This document shows positions 62,809 through 64,000 of a stretch of 64,000 bases of DNA, in pieces. A program made the position numbers and the translations under genes. This DNA comes from Lepidodermella squamata (taxonomy: Eukaryota; Animalia; Gastrotricha): contig JBLDXI010000033.1 of assembly GCA_047495785.1 (NCBI GenBank), positions 1,426,001 through 1,490,000 of the forward strand, given 5' to 3'. The notes below the pieces were generated by a model. The model did not search any database and was not told the origin of the DNA. It saw only the letters and a program-made list of their open reading frames with translations. The stretch's first letter is position 1, and each line of letters opens with the position of its first letter.

Positions 62809-62951
62809 TTTTGTATAAATAAAATTTTTATTTCGGCGGCGTTATTCCACAAGGGTTCAATGTTGAGAGGATGTACCGATATCAAAATAAAAATGATTTA
62901 ATTTTTAACAAATTTAACTCAAAGCACCAAACAAAAAAATAGCGGCTAAAA

Positions 62952-63619
62952 ATGATAGCCCTATTTATTACTCTAACGATTTTTCGAGTGGTTGAAGCCT
63001 CGGTAGTTCGGCCAATTCCTTTATCAGGAGGTGATTATCAACTCTACGACCCGGAACACCGGCGAATCCGCAATGTGACAGATGAAGAGCAATTAGCTTT
63101 GCATCTGTTCAGTCATTACGATAACATGACAGGTAAATCAGAAAAAAATTCGAAAAAAAATATTTAAAACACCTTAAAAATAGGGCCTGTTATCAATGGG
63201 AGCAAAACAATACATTCAACGTTAGGGATTTTTATTGTATCAATTCAAGAAATGGATGAAATTAATCAAATTCTTCACTTGTCGGCTTGGCTTACAATAG
63301 TAATGAATTTTTCTTTGAATAATCGAATGTTTAGCGCAGTTTTCTTTCTAGACTTGGAATGATGAGAGGCTAAGTTGGAACCCAGAGATTTACGGCGGCC
63401 TGAAATCGGTGACCGTGAATGCCAATCGCGTCTGGCTGGCTGATTTTGTCTTCTACAACTCGGCGGCTGAGATCGATTTGAACTCGCTGCGGGCCCGTAA
63501 TGCTGTAATCGATTACCATGGAAACGTCAGAATCACCCCTCAAGCTCAACTTTGCGCTGCTTGCTACTTTGATTTAACTGTATTTCCTTTCGATGACACG
63601 ACATGCCGGATAAATATAG
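62952..63619 (+). CDS. Second nAChR-like subunit, tandem paralog, partial (about 62952..63132, 63184..63299, 63351..63619; probably continues past the window)
   Basis: Shared VRPIPLSG N-terminus, WNDERLSW, VWLADFVFYNS and CYFDLTVFPFDDTTC. Confidence 0.85.
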
Positions 63620-64000
63620 GTAAAAATGGTCAGGTTTTGAGGTGAATTTAAGGTTCCAGCTTTGAATTCGAGCCTTCTCTTTCTCTGATTATAATCCGAT
63701 TATCCGGATAAAATTAAAAATTTTTTTTAGAAAATTAGTTGATCCAATTTTCTTTATTCGGTGATACAAAATTTGATTGGTAAACATTTTATTTTGATTT
63801 TCCGATTTTTCAAATGTGTGCCTTGGACTTCGAATTCTTTGGCCGCAATTCAAAAATGATCAACAACCGATGCTTCAAGCCCAATAATCGGAAAATCAAA
63901 TAAAATTTTCAGTAATAAAAAATGTGCTGGACTATTGGAATGTAATGCTGGAACCTCAATTTTAGTGGTCCAAACTCGTTTTAAATTTTTCTAAATTTTT

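Overview
Gene-dense eukaryotic DNA from an invertebrate-like animal; the taxon cannot be assigned from this window. Introns are mostly short GT-AG (about 50-60 nt), so I assembled gene models by hand from the ORF fragments. The left arm (1-24 kb) holds an M13/neprilysin-like peptidase, a RING/Rcat-type protein, a neuronal calcium sensor, five minus-strand single-pass membrane genes (three are close paralogs), an H-NOX soluble guanylate cyclase-like gene with a degenerate cyclase domain, and a secreted multi-PAN/apple protein with Trp/Pro/Thr-rich exons. The centre (24-40.5 kb) is a transposon nest. It contains disrupted MULE transposase sequences, a 4.35-kb foldback-type element with an 8-bp TSD, a 1.16-kb mini-LTR element with identical LTRs and an apparent self-priming site, several MITEs, gene fragments and a small Cys-rich secreted peptide gene. 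The right arm (40.5-64 kb) holds an NHL-repeat gene, a CYP3-clan P450, three more PAN/apple genes, two MRH-like paralogs, a Ly6/three-finger-like GPI protein, a small membrane protein and two non-alpha nAChR-like subunits. The top leads are the self-priming mini-LTR, the O2-type H-NOX pseudo-cyclase, and the phase-1 modular PAN + W/P/Y-rich secreted family. All family calls come from motif recognition by eye; no searches were run.
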